From: a virus
Taxonomy: Duplodnaviria > Caudoviricetes
Direction: 5' to 3' (one strand)
Virus record (IMG/VR): IMGVR_UViG_3300032277_000016
Span: 1 to 41,395 of that record
Length of the DNA: 41,395 nucleotides
Both the position numbers and the translations under genes were made by a program. The notes under the pieces were generated by a model. That model made no database searches and was not told where the DNA came from. It saw nothing but the letters and a program-made list of their open reading frames with translations. Positions 36,718 to 41,395 of the stretch are shown here, piece after piece. How positions within the stretch are numbered: position 1 is the stretch's first letter; each line of letters starts with the position of its first letter.

Positions 36718-37220
36718 TCTCTTAGCCTGTCATCAGGAGCCACATAGCGGTAGCTGTGCTCACAGGGCTCGTAACTACTATAATACATAGCAATAGCAGT
36801 ATCGAACGGAGCACAGCTATCAGCGCCTACAAACTTTATGCGGCCCTGAAGAAAGATAATCTCAGCGGCAAACTCGGCTACGTAGTCTACCCACCAGGCA
36901 GATCCAGTACGTACAGGCAGCAGCACAGCCGTCTTGCCGCTTTTTCTTCCAGCGTACTTCTGGACTATGCGCTCTAAGAAGTCCTCAGCCTGGCTAAAGG
37001 GCGGGTTAAGATAGTAGTTTGTGTAGCTCTGTGGAGTGTAGTTAAAGAAGTCTTCTGTATACTTCTCGACAACAGCATTGTCTTCATTAGCGGCAAGGTC
37101 AAAGTCTATGGGTAGGATATGCTCATTTAACCAATCGACGAAACAGTTAGGCGTACCCCAATCATCCCTACTGCTAGAGCTATTCTTCACACTGCGATGG
37201 TATACCTTATCAGCTTTCAC
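36714..37220 (-). CDS. dam: Phage DNA N6-adenine methyltransferase (T1 Dam-like family)
   Basis: DDWGTP, FDLAA, NPPFS, LLPVRT..W and GRIKF. Confidence 0.9.
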   Translation of the reverse strand: MKADKVYHRSVKNSSSSRDDWGTPNCFVDWLNEHILPIDFDLAANEDNAVVEKYTEDFFNYTPQSYTNYYLNPPFSQAEDFLERIVQKYAGRKSGKTAVLLPVRTGSAWWVDYVAEFAAEIIFLQGRIKFVGADSCAPFDTAIAMYYSSYEPCEHSYRYVAPDDRLRD

Positions 37221-39604
37221 AGCTCCTCCTCTTTTGGTCTAGGTATAAAGGACTCTCCAGTCTTACCCCTGCCGCCACGGGAAGGGGGATCGATCATCTG
37301 TAGCAATCCTGCATCATACAGGCCATCCACTAAATTTCTAAGGTGCTTATGGTTTCGGCTCTTGTAGTTCTGCGTTAGCCATCTGTATCTTATAGGTGCC
37401 TGCTCATCTTTAAAGCGTCTGACTATTTTTCTATACAGTCTTCTTTTTTCTTGAGTGTATTCACTAACGTTAAGGTTAGCCCTTACATAAGTAGAGAGCG
37501 CATCTATACGGCTCTGAATAAACTCGATCATGTAGTCTACATTACTAACTGTTATGTCGCCTTCTAAGTTAACAGCTGTACATAGCCTACCTACTTGCTC
37601 AGCGCCACGTGTAAACAATCCCTCTAGACCATCCTCTTTTCGAATCTCTTGGTTAGCTAGATCATCTAGCTCTTTGGCGTAAGCTATCAAACGTTTTTCA
37701 GCAGCAGGTTCGAAGTTAACGATCACACTTGGGCCTGCGTTTATCTTAGCGTTAATTTTCTTTATGTACTTCTGCAACTTTTCTCTACTGCTTTGCTTCT
37801 CCTCTTTCTCTAGCTTAGCTTCTGCATCAGCTAACTTCATCATCAACTCAGTGCTCTGTACATTCGACTCTAGTAAGATCTCATTAAGCGCTGATCCTAT
37901 GTGACCATTGAGAGCTGCCGCTCGTTCTGCATTATCATTCATCTTCCTATTGCCCATGTGCGTAAGCACTATGAAGCGTTGTAGTAGCCCGTCCTGTATC
38001 GAGTCTATGCTGAATGATTCGTGTAGGCTCTTCACTACGCCGTAAGCGATAACGTTTACACGTGGGTACTTGAGTATGATCGGGGTATCTTTCCTATCAC
38101 CGCTCCAGCCTGTTGATACTTCTGCTATGTTGGTGCTGCTATACAGCTCCAGTAGTAGCTCTTTACATTGCTTAAGGTGAGTAGGCGCAGAGCTGTCTAT
38201 AAGTGATCGAAAGAAACCAGCAGACTCATCTATAGACAAAGATCCTAAAGAATTGTTCTCGGATAGGAAGCGCTCGATACCTCTACTGGATCTTATCTTG
38301 CGTGTGAATAGTTTACCTATCCCCATCTTGGCTGCTGTATTGATTATTACTTCTTGTGGGTAATTCTTACCAATACCGGTAGGGCCTAGGCAGAGAAAAA
38401 AATTTGAAGGTGCGTGCCCTAGGTTAGACGTAACAGATCCAGCTCTTAGCGTTCCTAGTAAAGATATAGCAGATGCGAAAGTAAACGAGGGTATAGGGTA
38501 ACGCGCCTTAGAGCACACGTGCCTAGTTATCTCCCCTACTAATCCTGGTGCGTTAAAGTAAAAGGAGTTAGGTAAAGCAAACGTATCCTTAGCTGTCTCT
38601 TCTGCATCTTCAAATGCGTCATCTGGTATAGCGTGTACAACTGCTTTCTTAGCATGGTTGATCGTATCACTGACTGTACGTAATACCTCACGTCTACGGT
38701 TGCCGCCTAACAGGAAGGTATTAGGCTTATCAAATTTTTTCATCATGAAACCGTCTACTGAATCTAGTACACGGTTGAATATATCCGGGTGACCTATGTT
38801 ATTGTTGCAAACAGACAGTGCGTAGTTACGCATAATCTCGTGTCGCGCACCGGCAAACACTTTACCATCTGGATATTCAAACTTAGTCCAATCCTTTTTC
38901 TCATAGTAGAACGGATCACACGGTAGAGCGTTGAATAGTTCATCTACTGTATAAGGACTGTGGTTATAGTTTTTTCTAACATTTATTAAGAACGGCCCAC
39001 GCTTCTGGTGAGCGTACCCTGGTACACGTAAGAGCTGAGGCATATCGTGCATGGTTCTATCCATACCGCAGTCTACAGATGCGTTACCCATTGCTCCCAT
39101 ACACATCTGAACTGCTTTCCATTTAGCCTCTTCCTGTACTGGTGTAGGCTCAAGTAAGAAATAGAAATGGAATTTATCAGGGGAGCTCTCCACTACTATG
39201 TGTGGATGAATGTCGTACTTCTTTATCCACTTAACAAAGTCTTGTACAGGGCACCTATCAGTATCAGCAAAGCAAGCGTTAAGTGAGATCACGTTACGCC
39301 GTTTATTTACGTTAGGCGTCTCACTATCAGCCTGACCATCACACTCGTTAGGTGTAAAGTATATGGCTCTCTTTAACTTATTCAGCTTACACAGCTGACG
39401 ATAGAAATCTGGCTGAGCATACTCATGCAAGCTAACTGCCGCTGATACCTTAGCTTTATTCTGAGGCCCGTGCTTACTAGACTTAAAGTCGGGCAGGTTG
39501 AATTCTACAGGATCTGATCCTGACTCTTGAATTGCTGCGAATGTGTAGAGATCGTGGTTAAACCGCGCCAAGAAATCTACCGCAGTTAGCGGTTTTACGA
39601 TCAT
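37217..39604 (-). CDS. Primase-helicase fusion (RepB/AEP primase plus DUF3987-type P-loop helicase)
   Basis: FADTD, ESSPDKFHFYF, LLRVPGY.HQK, Walker A GPTGIGKN, SIDE, DGLLQRF. Confidence 0.88.
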   Translation of the reverse strand: MIVKPLTAVDFLARFNHDLYTFAAIQESGSDPVEFNLPDFKSSKHGPQNKAKVSAAVSLHEYAQPDFYRQLCKLNKLKRAIYFTPNECDGQADSETPNVNKRRNVISLNACFADTDRCPVQDFVKWIKKYDIHPHIVVESSPDKFHFYFLLEPTPVQEEAKWKAVQMCMGAMGNASVDCGMDRTMHDMPQLLRVPGYAHQKRGPFLINVRKNYNHSPYTVDELFNALPCDPFYYEKKDWTKFEYPDGKVFAGARHEIMRNYALSVCNNNIGHPDIFNRVLDSVDGFMMKKFDKPNTFLLGGNRRREVLRTVSDTINHAKKAVVHAIPDDAFEDAEETAKDTFALPNSFYFNAPGLVGEITRHVCSKARYPIPSFTFASAISLLGTLRAGSVTSNLGHAPSNFFLCLGPTGIGKNYPQEVIINTAAKMGIGKLFTRKIRSSRGIERFLSENNSLGSLSIDESAGFFRSLIDSSAPTHLKQCKELLLELYSSTNIAEVSTGWSGDRKDTPIILKYPRVNVIAYGVVKSLHESFSIDSIQDGLLQRFIVLTHMGNRKMNDNAERAAALNGHIGSALNEILLESNVQSTELMMKLADAEAKLEKEEKQSSREKLQKYIKKINAKINAGPSVIVNFEPAAEKRLIAYAKELDDLANQEIRKEDGLEGLFTRGAEQVGRLCTAVNLEGDITVSNVDYMIEFIQSRIDALSTYVRANLNVSEYTQEKRRLYRKIVRRFKDEQAPIRYRWLTQNYKSRNHKHLRNLVDGLYDAGLLQMIDPPSRGGRGKTGESFIPRPKEEEL

Positions 39605-39606
39605 GG

Positions 39607-39780
39607 CTATTCTTTAAATGCATATTCTTTAACTAACTTCTCAACAACAGCTTCCCGTATAAAAGCCGCCTTACTCCTCTTCTCTTTTCTAGCTACTGCG
39701 TTAATCTTGCGGTAAATTTTTCCTGGCCAAGCTACTGAGAACATCTTCCATCCCGAGCTTGTCTCTGTTGTGTTACTCAT
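39607..39780 (-). CDS. CopG/Arc-like ribbon-helix-helix regulator
   Basis: FSVAWP..IY.KI..VARKEKRSKAAFIREAV. Confidence 0.8.
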   Translation of the reverse strand: MSNTTETSSGWKMFSVAWPGKIYRKINAVARKEKRSKAAFIREAVVEKLVKEYAFKE

Positions 39781-39813
39781 TACGGCCTTCATCAAATATT
39801 ATTTTCGTTGATT

Positions 39814-39876
39814 GTTGACAACTTTTCTACTTCCAGTATAAACTTTAAGAATAGTAGTTGTCAACTAGTTGTCAAC
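39814..39876. promoter_or_regulatory. Overlapping divergent promoters with three GTTGWCAAC boxes
   Basis: Boxes at 39814, 39857 and 39868. TTGACA on both strands, with -10-like TATAAA (+) and TATACT (-). Confidence 0.65.
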
Positions 39877-39893
39877 AATGCTACAAGGGAAAT

Positions 39894-41105
39894 ATGACGA
39901 GCTTATACGACTATCAGGTAACAGGCAAAGACTTTTTAAAAGAGGGTCTAGTCCGTATGTTAGCTGATGATATGGGCCTAGGTAAAAGTTGCCAAGCTCT
40001 GTTTGCCGCTAAGGAGTTAGACGACGTACAAGAGATCGCAATAGTATGTCCGGCTATCCTACAATTTAACTGGCAAGAAGAAATAGACAAGTGGGGAATA
40101 GCTAAGACGTTCACAATTATCTCATATTCCTCATTACATAAACTACCTGATATACCCTACGACCTAGTTATATTTGATGAATGGCACAACGCTAAGAACC
40201 CGAAAGCTAAACGTACTAGGCTGGCTATGACGTTAGCTCAGAAGACTAAGCGCGCATGGTGTCTAACAGGTACACCTTTCCCTAATGGCTGTGCTAATGA
40301 GATCTACACTTTTTTAATACTTGCCGGTTTCCGGGGATCATGGTGGTCATTCTGTAGAAAGTTCTGTAAAGAGAAGACTTTCCGAGTAAAGCGCAGAACT
40401 GTACGACAGTACTACAAAGGCCAAAACTTAAAGCAGTTAAAGGCTCTTCTAGATCCTCATATGCTACGCCGTAAGAAGAGGGACGTACTACACATGCTAC
40501 CTGAGAAGACGCACAACACTGTGTACTTGGGTGTAGAAAGTAGTCAAAAGTATAAGCCATACGCAGATAGGCTTAGGGATGCCATACATGGCGAAAGGTT
40601 AAACAAAGAAGAGACAGAGCATATAGCTACCCTGCGTAGAGAGTTAGGTATCTCCAAGATTAGTAAAGCAATACGCTACATCTCGACGGTAAAAGAAGAC
40701 TACAAAGATCCTGTTCTCCTATTCACCTACCATCGAGATGTAGCTTTATCTCTAACTAAAGAACTAAGGCTCAAACATTTTAAAGCAGAGATGATCCTTG
40801 GGGGTATGACCCAAAGTAATAAAGAGCTGGTAATACGTAACTTTAAAGAAGGTAAGGTAGACATACTGGTACTGTCTATGAAAGCTGCTTCTGAGGGATT
40901 GAACCTTACAGAGGCTAGTAAGGTATTTTTTGTAGAGCTACCCTGGAATCCTGCGACACTGGATCAGTGCATAGGTAGAATCGATCGCATAGGTCAGGAA
41001 AGCGCTATGGATGTATACTTCTTACTACAGAAGAATAGCTTTGATGATGTAGTCAAGAGAACAATATTAGGTAAAAGGAAAGTAAGCTATGAACTCGTCG
41101 GGTAA
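39894..41105 (+). CDS. SNF2-family (HARP-like) helicase
   Basis: LADDMGLGKS, VCPA, DEWH, LTGTP, MLRR, EGLNLT, WNP and QCIGRIDRIGQ. Confidence 0.93.
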   Translation: MTSLYDYQVTGKDFLKEGLVRMLADDMGLGKSCQALFAAKELDDVQEIAIVCPAILQFNWQEEIDKWGIAKTFTIISYSSLHKLPDIPYDLVIFDEWHNAKNPKAKRTRLAMTLAQKTKRAWCLTGTPFPNGCANEIYTFLILAGFRGSWWSFCRKFCKEKTFRVKRRTVRQYYKGQNLKQLKALLDPHMLRRKKRDVLHMLPEKTHNTVYLGVESSQKYKPYADRLRDAIHGERLNKEETEHIATLRRELGISKISKAIRYISTVKEDYKDPVLLFTYHRDVALSLTKELRLKHFKAEMILGGMTQSNKELVIRNFKEGKVDILVLSMKAASEGLNLTEASKVFFVELPWNPATLDQCIGRIDRIGQESAMDVYFLLQKNSFDDVVKRTILGKRKVSYELVG

Positions 41106-41395
41106 TAGTACTACGCATGCTTTATGTTCTCCATCTGCGTTCGGTAGATGGGGGAAGTGTAAAGTCTCGCTATCTTATGATCAGCCTAAAGGAGAACCCA
41201 GTGCGGCAAGTAAAGAAGGAACAGAAGCTGCCGCTATCGGTGAACATATGCTCAAAGCTAAAGCAGAGCATCCGGACTTTGATTTTGATGCTTATGCAAG
41301 ATCTTTACCTGCTCCGTTTGATGATTATATGGCTGGTTATTGTGACTACGTTATGGATATTTATGGCCGTGGTCATATTGAAGCTGAGCTTTTTG
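41089..41395 (+). CDS. DUF2800 nuclease, N-terminal part (continues across the junction to 1056)
   Basis: MNSSGNSTTHALCSPSAFGRWGKC...EGT matches the DUF2800 start and is in frame with 1-1056. Missing from the ORF track. Confidence 0.88.
   Translation, partial: MNSSGNSTTHALCSPSAFGRWGKCKVSLSYDQPKGEPSAASKEGTEAAAIGEHMLKAKAEHPDFDFDAYARSLPAPFDDYMAGYCDYVMDIYGRGHIEAELF
41260..41395. repeat. Terminal direct repeat, right copy
   Basis: Matches 1-136 with one mismatch. Confidence 0.97.

Noticed and set aside
1-41395. TAG stop-codon reassignment, suspected because TAG/CTA is so frequent
   Set aside because: Code 11 gives full-length, tightly packed genes, and several genes end properly in TAG.

Overview
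This window is an apparently complete, circularly assembled tailed-phage genome. The unit length is 41,259 bp: bases 1-136 repeat at 41260-41395 with one mismatch. The gene set is podovirus-like, with no sheath or tape measure, no integrase and no RNA polymerase recognised. It has four modules. (i) A + strand replication block running across the window ends: SNF2 helicase, DUF2800 Cas4-like nuclease, DUF2815 SSB, family A DNA polymerase, RuvC-like resolvase and tRNA-Asn. (ii) A ~26 kb - strand late operon: terS, terL, portal, scaffold, major capsid, accessory virion proteins, adaptor/nozzle, C1q-like protein, ejection proteins, M15 endolysin, lipoprotein and holin. (iii) A ~1 kb repeat-rich control region at 30.9-31.9 kb. 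(iv) An early/accessory block: DUF932, GroES-like, GH5 glycosidase, XRE, Dam-like MTase, primase-helicase and RHH. The most unusual features are three consecutive signal-peptide-bearing virion-like genes behind the capsid gene, one with a non-exported paralogue; an intrinsic terminator directly in front of the late operon with no recognisable antiterminator; a perfect 31-bp inverted repeat with alternating octamers in the control region; and genome-wide over-representation of CCGGCA. All family calls are from motifs recognised by eye, not from database searches.
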